Assembly: GCA_965238225.1 (NCBI GenBank)
Contig: OZ250183.1
Coordinates: forward strand, 1,472,001-1,536,000
DNA length: 64,000 nt
Direction of reading: 5' to 3'
From: Gammaproteobacteria bacterium
GTDB lineage: Bacteria; Pseudomonadota; Gammaproteobacteria; Eutrophobiales; Eutrophobiaceae
In this document: piece after piece, positions 45,405-56,498 of the stretch
Numbering within the stretch: position 1 is the first letter of the stretch
Layout of the letters: the number at the start of each line of letters is the position of its first letter
Translations under genes and position numbers: made by a program
The notes under the pieces: generated by a model
Told to the model about the DNA's origin: nothing
Databases searched by the model: none
The model's input: only the letters and a program-made list of their open reading frames with translations

Positions 45405-46193
45405 ATGCTGGTAGTTATCTCCCCTGCGAAGACGCTTGATTTTGAGACGGCACCCATCACAAAGATTCATACACAAGCGAAGTTTCTGAAAGAATCCAAG
45501 CAATTGGTCAGGCAACTGAGTAAAATGACACCCGCTGAGGTCTCTTCTCTGATGAAAATCAGCGACAAACTCGGCGTGCTTAATTTCCTTCGCTTTAATG
45601 AATGGAAAACACCTTTTACCTTGGATAACGCCAAACAAGCCATACTGGCATTCAAAGGGGATGTCTATACAGGCATTGACGCAGGGTCATTCAGTAATGA
45701 GGATCTCAAGTTTGCACAGAGGCATTTAAGAATACTATCTGGGCTGTATGGTATATTAAGGCCACTGGATCTTATTCAGGCTTATCGGTTGGAAATGGGC
45801 GCAACGCTTAAGAGCAAGCAAGGCAAAGACTTGTATGAATTTTGGGCATCAAAACTGACCAATCAAATTAATCAAGATATAAAGGCCAATAAAAACCTAG
45901 CAGAAAAAAATAAGTGTCTAATTAATCTGGCATCAAATGAATACTTCAAGGCTCTACAAGTAAAAGATATTGATGCTAGGATTATTGCGCCCGTATTTAA
46001 AGATTATAAAAATGGACAATATAAAATCATCAGTTTCTTCGTCAAAAAGGCACGCGGACGGATGGGTGCGTACATCATCAAACACAAACTAAAAGACCCT
46101 GAAGATATTAAGACCTTTGATGCCGATGGCTATAAGTTTTGCAAATCAGAATCCAATGAATCGAATTGGGTCTTCCAACGTAGAAATTCATAA
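45405..46193 (+). CDS. yaaA: Peroxide stress protein YaaA
   Basis: ISPAKTLD, LSGLYG.LRPLD, YRLEMG, NLASNEY and KKARG motifs. Confidence 0.95.
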   Translation: MLVVISPAKTLDFETAPITKIHTQAKFLKESKQLVRQLSKMTPAEVSSLMKISDKLGVLNFLRFNEWKTPFTLDNAKQAILAFKGDVYTGIDAGSFSNEDLKFAQRHLRILSGLYGILRPLDLIQAYRLEMGATLKSKQGKDLYEFWASKLTNQINQDIKANKNLAEKNKCLINLASNEYFKALQVKDIDARIIAPVFKDYKNGQYKIISFFVKKARGRMGAYIIKHKLKDPEDIKTFDADGYKFCKSESNESNWVFQRRNS

Positions 46194-46432
46194 CTCTCTA
46201 ACTTACAAAAAAAACGAGGCAGTACGTTCCATCAGTAAGTTTTGGTGCACTGTGTCATCAAGAAAAAGATGGTTTTTTAATGCAGAATACGATAGATTCC
46301 GAGTATTAGCAGTTCTTGTAGCGGTTTCGGTTAGCTCTTCGCAATGTATAGTAGCAAGCATTCCGTCATATTTCGTAACATTATGCATGCTAATACATTT
46401 TTTTATTTTTTTAATTGCAGAGGTAATAAGTA

Positions 46433-46636
46433 ATGGCTACAGGCACAGTAAAATGGTTTAACGACAGTAAAGGTTTTGGTTTTATTACGCCAGATGATGG
46501 CGGTGCTGATGTATTTGTTCATCATAGTTCTATTAATGCCGAAGGATTTAAGTCTCTCGCTGAAGGTCAGAGCGTAAGCTTTGATATTGAAATGGGCGCT
46601 AAAGGTCCAAGCGCATCCAACGTAGTTGCGCAATAG
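46433..46636 (+). CDS. Cold-shock protein (CspA family)
   Basis: GTVKWFN..KGFGFI and DVFVH motifs. Confidence 0.96.
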   Translation: MATGTVKWFNDSKGFGFITPDDGGADVFVHHSSINAEGFKSLAEGQSVSFDIEMGAKGPSASNVVAQ

Positions 46637-46661
46637 ATTAAACTGGGCAGTTTCCAATCCT

Positions 46662-46691
46662 AAAAAAACCTCGTAATATACGAGGTTTTTT
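46662..46691 (+). terminator. Rho-independent terminator (bidirectional)
   Basis: AAAAAAACCTCGTA-A-TATACGAGGTTTTTT inverted repeat with A/T tracts after the csp gene. Confidence 0.85.
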
Positions 46692-47024
46692 CATATAAAA
46701 CAAATACTTAAACAGATATATATTTAAGCGGCTTGGAATTTGTCATAAGTCAAAGATCCAACATATCTCCGCTGTATATCTTGTGCAGTATCTCTGCTTA
46801 GCAGCACTCAATGCTTTATCTACTATGTCTAGAATCTTTGAATATCTGCTAACATTTATGATTGATGGACTGTCTTACCTGATTATATGTTGCAATTTTC
46901 AGGTTTCAATTACGAGCAACCGTAACAGCATAGAATATTTTATTTGAAAACAATTAAGGTCGCTTTCTTTGGTTTAGGAAATATTTATGACCTAACGTGC
47001 ACTCTTAAGGAGCAAGTAATAAAA

Positions 47025-48068
47025 GTGGGTAATAAAATTTTAAAAGTGGGCATTGTTGGTGCGACTGGATATACTGGCGTTGAGTTGATGCGCCTTCTGA
47101 TTGGGCATAAACAAGCGAGTATCCACGCAGTGACCTCAAATAACGAAAAAGATAATTACGTAGCCAATATCTTCCCGAGTTTGTCTGGCCATCTGGATCT
47201 TAAATTCTCCGAGCATGACTCACCCAAATTGACTGAATGTGACGCAGTATTTTTTGCCACGCCACATGCGATATCAATGTACAAGATACCTAAACTATTG
47301 AATGCTAATGTAAAGATTATTGATTTGTCACCTGACTTTCGCCTGCAGGACGCTGGGAAATGGCAGCATTGGTATGGGGTTGAACATGCTGCACCGGAAT
47401 TATTAAAAGAAGCAGTCTATGGACTGCCTGAAATAAATCGCACTCAAATTTCCAAAGCTCGTCTAGTGGCCAACCCTGGGTGCTATCCAACGGCGGTTTC
47501 TCTTGGACTTTTGCCTTTGCTGGAAGAAGGTATTGTTGATTTAAATCTATTGATTGCTGATGCCAAATCAGGTGTTAGTGGTGCTGGGCGTAAGACAGCT
47601 GTGGCAAATCTTTTCAGTGAAGCCAGCGAAACCTTTAAGGCATACGATGTCTCTGGCCATCGGCATTTGCCAGAAATCTGTCAGATACTAAGTATTTATG
47701 CAAAAGAGGCAGTGGAAATAACTTTTGTGCCACACTTAGTGCCGATGGTAAGGGGTGTATTTGCTACGCTTTATGCGCGTTTGCAACAGATGGATATTGA
47801 TGTCACTGATATTTATAACAAGCGTTACATGAACGAACCATTTGTAGAAGTTCTGCCAAGTGGTTCACAACCTGATACCCGTGCAGTGCGAGGAACAAAC
47901 ATGTGCAAAATCTCAGTAAATCAATTGTGTGACAGTAACAAACTCGTAGTTTTATCTGTCATTGATAATCTTGTAAAAGGAGCCGCGGGCCAAGCGATTC
48001 AGAATATGAACATTATGTTTGATTTGGATGAGACATCAGGTCTTGATTGTCCAGCGATTTATCCATAA
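47025..48068 (+). CDS. argC: N-acetyl-gamma-glutamyl-phosphate reductase
   Basis: GATGYTG, ANPGCYPT, SGVSGAGR and DNLVKGAAGQA motifs; GTG start after AAGGAG. Confidence 0.96.
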   Translation: MGNKILKVGIVGATGYTGVELMRLLIGHKQASIHAVTSNNEKDNYVANIFPSLSGHLDLKFSEHDSPKLTECDAVFFATPHAISMYKIPKLLNANVKIIDLSPDFRLQDAGKWQHWYGVEHAAPELLKEAVYGLPEINRTQISKARLVANPGCYPTAVSLGLLPLLEEGIVDLNLLIADAKSGVSGAGRKTAVANLFSEASETFKAYDVSGHRHLPEICQILSIYAKEAVEITFVPHLVPMVRGVFATLYARLQQMDIDVTDIYNKRYMNEPFVEVLPSGSQPDTRAVRGTNMCKISVNQLCDSNKLVVLSVIDNLVKGAAGQAIQNMNIMFDLDETSGLDCPAIYP

Positions 48069-48134
48069 ATATGATCGCTTTAAAATTCTCTTATTATAAT
48101 GACGAACTTTCTGAAATATAGAGTTGTTTAAAAC

Positions 48135-48875
48135 GTGAGCTTCCCAAAAAAACTCGTAATTAAGCGTCATAAGCCTCTGCATATTTTTGCTGTAATTGTT
48201 ATTTCTTGTTCAGTGGCAACTACTGCCATATGGGTTTTTCTTGACGAGAGTCAATGGTCATATATTAAATCTGGCCTATTTGAAGCGAAAAAAAATAAGA
48301 AATTATGGCAAAAAAATCAGGTAATGGACGATACGATTATAAAGTTAGAAAAACGTATTGTTATGCTCGAAAGGACAGTCCGATTAGAAAAACAAACTAT
48401 CACAAATCTTCAGAAAGAAATAATCAAGCGACAAGATGAAGTTTATGATCTGAAAAAGGAGCTTGAGTTTTATCAAGGGATCATGGCTTCGGCAAGTGAA
48501 GTCCGAGGCTTAAGCGTACAAGGATTGCGCATTGAAGCAACATCACAACCCAGAAGTTACTACTTCAATCTTATATTAACTCATGTTTCAAAGAGTGATA
48601 CAATGGTGGCAGGTAGATTGACGATATTGTTGGAGGGTGTCCAGGGTAATATCCCCAAAACTATTGATATAAGAGAACTGACGCTATCTAGATCATTGTC
48701 GTTATTCTTTAAAATTAACAGTTTTGAACGCATTAAAGGTAGCATTACACTGCCTGAGGGGTTTGTTGTACATAGAGTAATCGTCCAAGCTCGTCAGGAA
48801 GGCAAAAAAACGAATCCTCAAATAGAGCGTATTTTTAACTGGACAGAAGCGATGACGTATCAGGATGTTATTTAG
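48135..48875 (+). CDS. DUF6776-like membrane-anchored coiled-coil protein
   Basis: TM helix, coiled coil and ELEFYQGIM; usual neighbour of bactofilin. Confidence 0.72.
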   Translation: MSFPKKLVIKRHKPLHIFAVIVISCSVATTAIWVFLDESQWSYIKSGLFEAKKNKKLWQKNQVMDDTIIKLEKRIVMLERTVRLEKQTITNLQKEIIKRQDEVYDLKKELEFYQGIMASASEVRGLSVQGLRIEATSQPRSYYFNLILTHVSKSDTMVAGRLTILLEGVQGNIPKTIDIRELTLSRSLSLFFKINSFERIKGSITLPEGFVVHRVIVQARQEGKKTNPQIERIFNWTEAMTYQDVI

Positions 48876-48891
48876 ACAGGAGAGATTTTAG

Positions 48892-49338
48892 ATGTTTGGC
48901 GAGAGTAAAAACAAAAAAACTACACGGATGGATACCTTGATTGGCTCTCAAAACGAAATATCCGGCGATATAAACTTCTCTGGTGGATTGTATATTGAAG
49001 GCATAGTAAAAGGCAATGTCACTGCAAAAAATGATAATAAATCATTAATTCATCTAAGTGAGACCGGGGTCATTAAAGGTGAGGTCAGGGCGCCTTTTGT
49101 TACATTGAATGGTACTGTGGATGGGGATGTACATGGCGGAGTTCAGGTTCAGCTTGCACCAAAGGCGCGTATCTCAGGGAATGTATACTATAATTTAATC
49201 GAGATGTCTATAGGCGCAGAGCTAAATGGTAGACTTGTGCATGTACAACGTTCTGACGATGCACCGTTAGCACTAGGCCACACAAATCCTTTGGATGAAA
49301 CGGAATGCTTGGGTGAACCGGATGTAGATTTAGAATAG
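48892..49338 (+). CDS. Bactofilin (polymer-forming cytoskeletal protein)
   Basis: TLIG...I.GDI.FSGGL.I.G.V.G beta-helix repeats. Confidence 0.92.
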   Translation: MFGESKNKKTTRMDTLIGSQNEISGDINFSGGLYIEGIVKGNVTAKNDNKSLIHLSETGVIKGEVRAPFVTLNGTVDGDVHGGVQVQLAPKARISGNVYYNLIEMSIGAELNGRLVHVQRSDDAPLALGHTNPLDETECLGEPDVDLE

Positions 49339-49360
49339 TAACTTACATAGTGAAAATGAT

Positions 49361-49762
49361 ATGAATACAAGACAAGAAAAAGAAGTTCAAGAAAAAGTTG
49401 CTTTTGCTAAAATTGCAGAAGATGAGGATATGCCTGATCCATTATTGTTTACTGATCAGGCAGCAGCAAAAGTAAAATCATTAATTGAGGAAGAAAATAA
49501 CAACGCACTGATGCTAAGAGTCTTTGTTAGCGGCGGTGGTTGTTCTGGTTTTCAGTATGGCTTTACTTTTGATGAAAGTATTATAGACGGTGATACAATC
49601 ATTGAAAATGGTGGTGTGAAATTGCTTATTGATCCAATGAGTTTTCAGTATTTGGTTGGTGGTGAGATTGATTATACTGAAGGTCTAGAAGGTGCTCAAT
49701 TCGTTATACGTAATCCTAACGCAACCACAACCTGTGGTTGTGGATCATCTTTTTCAGTTTAA
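49361..49762 (+). CDS. erpA: Fe-S cluster insertion protein ErpA
   Basis: [11 protein letters not shown] and [14 protein letters not shown] motifs. Confidence 0.95.
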   Translation: MNTRQEKEVQEKVAFAKIAEDEDMPDPLLFTDQAAAKVKSLIEEENNNALMLRVFVSGGGCSGFQYGFTFDESIIDGDTIIENGGVKLLIDPMSFQYLVGGEIDYTEGLEGAQFVIRNPNATTTCGCGSSFSV

Positions 49763-50874
49763 TGATTTGGGCGCATAGCATTGTAGATTGCTCCAAGTAT
49801 CACTGAATCATCAGCACCTGTTACTGAGGTCAAATTCCCAGATTGATTTTCCATGCGGCGTTTTGCTAGCCATGCGAATGCTGCTGCTTCGACAGCGTCA
49901 GGATTAAAACCAACTTTCTCAGTAGAATTTACCTCTGCTTTAGTTTGGAGGCAGCGCAGACGCTGCATCATAGTTTTATTATGTACGCCACCTCCGCAAA
50001 CCAGAATTTCATTATAATCTGGCGCATGGTTTTTTATAGCATCACTAATAGTCACAGCACTAAACTCAAGTAGCGTTGCCTGCACATCATTTAGATCAAT
50101 AGATTTTTCTAACTGTGATAATTTATTCTCAAGCCATTGAAGATTGAAAAAATCTTTACCAGAGCTCTTCGGTGGAGAAGTCTCAAAATAGGCTTCATTA
50201 AGTAATAAAGAAAGTAATTCTTGATTGCATTGTCCTTGCTTTGCCCATTTGCCATCCTTATCAAAATCCTCGGCAAGATACCGCTGCACCCATTCATTCA
50301 TCAGTGTATTTCCAGGGCCTGTATCAAACCCTGTAATGGCAGTCTTACTGCCGTCGGGAAGCAGTGTGATATTAGCTATACCACCAATATTCAAAATGAC
50401 TCTCTTACTTCCTTCTCTTTGGAATAGCCACTGATGAAATGCAGAAGCCAGTGGCGCACCTTCTCCACCTGCGGCAATATCCATGCGTCGGAAGTCTGCG
50501 ACAGTAGTAATGCCTGTTTTATAAGCAATAATATTTGCATCGCCAATCTGTAAAGTGCGCGGATATTTATCGTAAGGTAAATGCAAAACTGTTTGTCCAT
50601 GACTCCCAATGGCATGGATATCTTCTGCTGATAGATTGCCTGATTCAATAATTCTTAGTGAGGCTTCCGTAAAAAGATTCCCCATAATGACGTCAATTTT
50701 TGATATCTCACTCAGGGTAGATTCAGTGTTGATAGACCTTATGGTCTGTTGAATATTTTTTGGAATGGGAGTTTGTTGATACTGAATCAGTTTTAACTCA
50801 TGTGCAACAATATCAACTAGGGCTGCATCAATCGCATCCATACTGGTGCCTGACATTAACCCTATATAAAACAC
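49759..50874 (-). CDS. anmK: Anhydro-N-acetylmuramic acid kinase
   Basis: [27 protein letters not shown] and FDTGPGN motifs. Confidence 0.96.
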   Translation of the reverse strand: MFYIGLMSGTSMDAIDAALVDIVAHELKLIQYQQTPIPKNIQQTIRSINTESTLSEISKIDVIMGNLFTEASLRIIESGNLSAEDIHAIGSHGQTVLHLPYDKYPRTLQIGDANIIAYKTGITTVADFRRMDIAAGGEGAPLASAFHQWLFQREGSKRVILNIGGIANITLLPDGSKTAITGFDTGPGNTLMNEWVQRYLAEDFDKDGKWAKQGQCNQELLSLLLNEAYFETSPPKSSGKDFFNLQWLENKLSQLEKSIDLNDVQATLLEFSAVTISDAIKNHAPDYNEILVCGGGVHNKTMMQRLRCLQTKAEVNSTEKVGFNPDAVEAAAFAWLAKRRMENQSGNLTSVTGADDSVILGAIYNAMRPNH

Positions 50875-50893
50875 GGCTTTATCAAAATATTAA

Positions 50894-52040
50894 TTAGTGG
50901 ACGAAAATAAGCGCGCTTCTTCATTCAGGATAATAATGGGGCTAACGATAGCAGATTTTATTTGTTTGCCGTCGACTGCAAGCATCGTATTATTTGTAAT
51001 AGTATTAAGCAATGTCAGTAAAGGTTTGGTTTGTGACTTACATTCATCCATCAAATCATCAGGGCTTTCGTTCAGCCTTCGGCAATTCTACCGTTAAAAG
51101 GTTTCGATGCACACCATTAACTCTAAATGCATAATGCAGATGTGCTCCTGTGCCCAGACTTGTCATACCGACATAGCTAATAATTTTCTCCTGTTTTACG
51201 TGCTTTCCTCTTTTTATGTCTCATGCATAGCGCGAAAGATGGCCATAGAGTGTTGTATATTGACCACCATGCTGAATGATAATCACCTTTCCAGAACCTC
51301 CTTTTATTGCAGCGAGTTTATTACGTCATCGCCTGATGCTTTGACTGAAGCACCTGTGGATGCTACGTAATCGACACCTTTATGCGCGCGAATCCTATTT
51401 AAAACTGGATGCTTTCTTATTAAATTAAAACGAGAGCTTATTCTAGAGAATTCGACGGGCATCCTCAGGAAAGCCCTGCGCATACTATTACCATTTTCAT
51501 CGTAATAGTCCGAATGCCCATCAGCATGTGTGTAGCGAGGCAGATGTGAAAGATTTTCCATGGTTGATAAATCCTGCGGTTAAGATGGAGCCATCCCGAA
51601 CTTTTTTGCCATCTACATAGCGCTCTTCATAGACAACATGAAACTTATCTCCTTGCCGGCTCCCATGGCGAAGTCGATTTCCAGCCATATAAGATTTCTC
51701 ATTTGCATGATCATACTGTCTGAGAGGCCAGATTTTTTCCCAGCCAGAAATAAAGATCCATCGATTATGCCACTTGCTGTTTTTATTTTTCTCTCCAGTT
51801 CTTTTTCTAATAGATCCGCTGAATAAATATTCTCAGTTTTTTTGACATAATGCCAAAGAATGGTCTCGGTCAAGCACGAAAGAATTTGATGTCTTCGTGC
51901 GCGTGGTGGTATAGAAAATGGCACTGGCAAGTACAAATACGACGACGAATAAACAAAGAAAAGGAAGTTTTGCGATGAATGATTCTTCGATCATCTCTAA
52001 TCTTATAGTCTTTCTTTATATAGTGTTTATAAGTCACAGT
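50894..52040 (-). pseudogene. M23 peptidoglycan DD-endopeptidase (MepM-like) pseudogene
   Basis: Fragments GIIDGSLFLAG, AFLRMPVEFSRISSRFN..RKHPVLN..RAHKGVDY and a HLHYAF-type segment, split across frames; limits approximate. Confidence 0.85.
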
Positions 52041-52183
52041 GTTAATTCAAAAAAATTTCCTAACCCTAGCGTGTGGCAATAAGTCGTCAATGCCATTCTA
52101 CTATCGGAGAGGCGATATAAATATGATAGGCTTGCGCATTACTGACTAATTTCCAAAAATATCCTTAGCAACAGGCATTAAAC

Positions 52184-53410
52184 ATGACATCAACTGAAGA
52201 AGCATTGGCTTTGATTAAACGCGGTACAGATGAGATTTTATTGGAATCTGAACTGCTTAAAAAGTTGGAAGAAAACAGACCGCTCAGGGTTAAAGCAGGC
52301 TTCGATCCAACAGCACCAGATATACATCTAGGACATACTGTGCTGATTAATAAGCTATACCAATTTCAAAAACTGGGACACGAAATCTTGTTTTTGATTG
52401 GAGATTTTACCGGCATGATTGGCGATCCAAGTGGTAAAAACAGCGCACGTCCTACAATGACTCCAGAAAACATTAAAGTCAACGCTAAAACATACAAAGA
52501 ACAAGTGTTTAAAATACTAGATCCAAAAAAAACTAGGGTAATGTTTAATTCACAGTGGATGTCAAGCTTTAACGCAGCAGACATGGTACAGCTGGCAGCA
52601 AAATATACCGTTGCTCGCATGTTGGAAAGAGACGATTTTTCTAAACGCTACAAAAGTGGTCGAGCAATTGCGATACATGAATTTTTATATCCGCTGATAC
52701 AAGGATACGATTCTGTAGCTATGCAGGCAGATGTAGAGCTTGGGGGGACAGATCAAAAGTTTAATTTGTTGGTAGGTCGTGAACTACAAAAACAATACGG
52801 ACAGGCTCCTCAAGTTATTTTGACTATACCTATATTGGAAGGGCTGGATGGCATACAAAAAATGTCCAAATCCTTGAATAACTATATCGGAATCAATGAA
52901 GCGCCCAATGAAATGTTTGGTAAATTGATGTCAGTTTCTGATGAATTGATGTGGCGCTATTTTGAATTGCTTAGTGTTAGATCTTTGGATGAAATTAATC
53001 ACTTCAAAAAAAAGGTTGATGAAGGAGAAAACCCGAGAGATATTAAATTTTTGTTAGCATTAGAAATTGTTTCCCGCTTTCATTCTAAAAAACTAGCCCG
53101 GCAGGCACAGGCTGAATTTATCGCTCGCTTTCAAAAAGGTGTAATGCCAGATGAGATGCCAGAAATAGCCCTAGAGTCAAAGACCGAAGGTTTGCCAATT
53201 GGCACGCTCCTGAAAGACTCTGGTTTAACAAAAAGCACATCAGAGGCCTTCAGAATGATAAGTCAAGGTGCGGTCAAGATTGACGGATATCGCATAGAGG
53301 ATAGAAATCATCTAATAGAAACTGGCGGGTCATATGTTATTCAGATCGGTAAAAGAAAATTTGCCAAAGTTACAGTATCTACAGACACAATAAGACGAAG
53401 GTCATCCTAA
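52184..53410 (+). CDS. tyrS: Tyrosine-tRNA ligase
   Basis: [13 protein letters not shown] and KMSKS motifs; C-terminal S4 domain. Confidence 0.98.
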   Translation: MTSTEEALALIKRGTDEILLESELLKKLEENRPLRVKAGFDPTAPDIHLGHTVLINKLYQFQKLGHEILFLIGDFTGMIGDPSGKNSARPTMTPENIKVNAKTYKEQVFKILDPKKTRVMFNSQWMSSFNAADMVQLAAKYTVARMLERDDFSKRYKSGRAIAIHEFLYPLIQGYDSVAMQADVELGGTDQKFNLLVGRELQKQYGQAPQVILTIPILEGLDGIQKMSKSLNNYIGINEAPNEMFGKLMSVSDELMWRYFELLSVRSLDEINHFKKKVDEGENPRDIKFLLALEIVSRFHSKKLARQAQAEFIARFQKGVMPDEMPEIALESKTEGLPIGTLLKDSGLTKSTSEAFRMISQGAVKIDGYRIEDRNHLIETGGSYVIQIGKRKFAKVTVSTDTIRRRSS

Positions 53411-53439
53411 AAGGCGGTCAGTCCAATCAATAATCCGCC

Positions 53440-54499
53440 TAATACGTTACCGCCCTGCTCAAGAAGGCGTTTATCTCGTCGGCACAGATAGTACTGGTAT
53501 TTCCCAGACTTTTTTTACAATTGGTATTATTTATCTGATAGTCATGTTATGTGCAGCGTTTGGCTATCGTGTTCCTCCTGATGGCTGGAAACCCGAAGGC
53601 TGGGTGCCCCCCGAAAGAAGGCGAGCATCATAGGTAAATGATCACCACGCATCATGTTCATATCAATGAGGCACTTAAAACCAAACAATTTTATCAACTA
53701 TGGGTAATCCTCTGTTTCAATGTTACCGCTGGAATTGGCGTTCTGGCCGTGGCCAAGACCATGATGACAGATATTTTTGGCAGAACTTTACCTGATTTGG
53801 TTGACCTAGAGTTTGCGGAAACTTATGTCTTGATGATAAGTGCCTTTAATATGGTGGGTCGTTTTTTCTGGGCCAGTGCCTCGGATTATCTTGGGCGCAA
53901 GACGACCTATTACATATTCTTTGTCTCAGGGGATCATATTATATTACTCTATTCCATACACAGCAGCACAGGTTAGTGTGAATCCATCTGTTATCTGGCT
54001 GGTATATTTTTATGCAGCTACGATGTTAATTTTTACCATGTACGGGGTGGCTTTGCCACCATACCAGCCTACTTGGCAGATATATTTGGAACCCAAGTTT
54101 GTTGGTGGCATACACGGCAGATTATTAACCGCATGGGCAAGTGCTGGTGTTTTTGGCCCAGTTGCTATTACGTCATTACGTGAAATTTCCGTGAAAAATG
54201 CAATAAATGATCTGGCATCCAAACTTGATCCTCTGAAGTTTCAGACCAAATCTGGTGCGGATATTGAACATCTCCAAACCCTGATTGATGTAAAAACAGT
54301 GACCATTGCAAAACTCATGGAAATAGTACCTACTGGCACGGTAAACCCAACATCAAGTTTATACAACACCGCTATGTACTTGATGGCAGTAGTGCTTTTT
54401 ATCACCTTACTGACCAATGCGTTTATGCATCCAGTTGATGCAAAACATCATATGAAAAACATGATGATTAAGGAAACAAAATTGTGTCAATACCTCTAA
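53440..54499 (+). pseudogene. OFA-family MFS transporter pseudogene, 5'-truncated
   Basis: YRVPPDGWKP, CFNVTAGIG, GRFFWASASDYLGRK and VGGIHGRLLTAW in different frames. Confidence 0.82.
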
Positions 54500-55031
54500 A
54501 CAAGTGCCACAGACGTATTTATCTCTATCATTTTCTGATCCATCTATGCTTGCAATATATTATGCATTTTTGGCGATGTTGCGACTCGAGGAGACGGCAT
54601 CAAAGGAATGAGCTTCCCGCTATTGTTTATAATTGCAGGGACATTGACCTTAATAAAAGGCGTTTATTTAACACTTGCCATCTGGCCAATTGCTTATGTT
54701 GTCCGGTTTTTTATTAGGCCTGAAGTAGAAATCGAACTCACCGACCAGAGTCACGCAACATTAGCTACGCTTCTTAATACTGATCAATAATTGTGTTAAA
54801 ATTTGACTCAACGATCATTTTATTTGCATATAAATTTTAGCTTCATGCGTTGCGTTACTATCTATAATCCATACTGAATATCCATTTTATTCTTAAATTT
54901 TTCTTGCGTTTTCTATTTTTAATGAGGGATAAAAATTTTACTTTCTATTTCTTTACTTTTTTTAAAACCGTCTTAAGTCTACTATTATGTTTATTAAATA
55001 AATTCTGTAATGAAAATATTAAAGAATTAAA

Positions 55032-56387
55032 ATGAATGATAACGTAAATAATAAAACCTCAACCATAAAGAGTTGGCGTGATGCATGCTCTGTCTACAAA
55101 AATTCTCGTGTAATAGGTATGATTTTTCTTGGTTTTTCTGCAGGCCTGCCTTTTCTACTGGTATTTTCAACTTTGTCTGCATGGTTAAGAGATGAGGGCG
55201 TCACAAGAACAACAATTGGATTTTTTAGCTGGGTAGGCATTACGTACTCTATTAAAGTGTGTTGGGCTCCAATCGTAGATCGCTTACCAATTCCTTGGTT
55301 GACAAATAAATTAGGCAAACGTCGTTCATGGATGTTATGTGCGCAAATTTTGATTGCTGGCGGTCTGCTTGGAATGGCTGGCAGTGAGCCTGAAACACAG
55401 TTAGTCGTTATCGCTATTTATGCAGTGATTGTTGCATTTGGCTCAGCGACGCAGGACATCACCATTGATGCCTATAGAATTGAAGCAGTAGATGGTGAGT
55501 ATCAGGGCGTGATGGCGGCAACCTATGTCTTTGGTTACCGTTTGGCATTACTGGTTGCTGGTGCAGGAGTTTTTTATATTGCGGAATGGCAATCTTGGAG
55601 TTATGCATATGTAACAATGGCAACACTAATATCGATAGGCATGGTGACTACTTTAGTCATTTCTGAGCCCTTACATCGAATCAATACAATTGCTGAAAAA
55701 GTAGATAAACAACTAGAATCAAGTTTTGGTTTGAGCGATCAAGGTCATTTCTCTGAAAAGATAGGACGTTGGTTTATAGGTGCAGTGATCAGTCCTTTTG
55801 TTGAGTTTTTTAAACGCAATGACCGTATGGCACTAGTTATTTTGTTATTTATTGCCACATATAAGTTAAGTGATATCACAATGGGGGTTATGGCAAATCC
55901 ATTTTATCTGGATCTTGGATTTAGTAAAACAGAAATTGCAAATGTGGTAAAGATATTCGGTTTTTTTATGACCATATTCGGTGCTGCGCTTGGCGGTATT
56001 TTTGTAACTAGATACGGTGTTGAAAAGCCGTTGATATTTGGCTCAATCATGATAATACTAACAAACTTGTTATTTGTATTTTTGGCAATCTCTGAGCCAA
56101 ATATCTCCACACTGGCAATAGTTATTTCTGCTGATAACTTCAGTGGCGGTTTTGCAACGTCAGCTTTTATTGCCTATCTATCTGGCATGACAAACAAAGC
56201 ATATTCAGCGACTCAATATGCGTTGTTTAGCTCGCTGACAACTTTACCAGCAAAAGTTATCGGCGGGTTTTCTGGCATCGCTGTTGACGCAGCTGGTTAT
56301 GCATATTTTTTCCTATATGCAGGATTGCTCGGAGTTCCTGCTTTACTGCTGATTATCTATATTTTTTATCACCGTAATACTTCATAA
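55032..56387 (+). CDS. ampG: Muropeptide permease AmpG
   Basis: LGFSAGLP, WAPIVD, SATQDI.IDAYRIE and SATQYALFSSL motifs. Confidence 0.93.
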   Translation: MNDNVNNKTSTIKSWRDACSVYKNSRVIGMIFLGFSAGLPFLLVFSTLSAWLRDEGVTRTTIGFFSWVGITYSIKVCWAPIVDRLPIPWLTNKLGKRRSWMLCAQILIAGGLLGMAGSEPETQLVVIAIYAVIVAFGSATQDITIDAYRIEAVDGEYQGVMAATYVFGYRLALLVAGAGVFYIAEWQSWSYAYVTMATLISIGMVTTLVISEPLHRINTIAEKVDKQLESSFGLSDQGHFSEKIGRWFIGAVISPFVEFFKRNDRMALVILLFIATYKLSDITMGVMANPFYLDLGFSKTEIANVVKIFGFFMTIFGAALGGIFVTRYGVEKPLIFGSIMIILTNLLFVFLAISEPNISTLAIVISADNFSGGFATSAFIAYLSGMTNKAYSATQYALFSSLTTLPAKVIGGFSGIAVDAAGYAYFFLYAGLLGVPALLLIIYIFYHRNTS

Positions 56388-56498
56388 CCACAGCACCACT
56401 TACTTGACTGAAGGCCAAACTAAAGAGTTTCTAAGAGAAATCAAGAACTGTGGAGAGAAATATTTACACTAATGCAGTTTTCTGTATTGCGTACTAGA

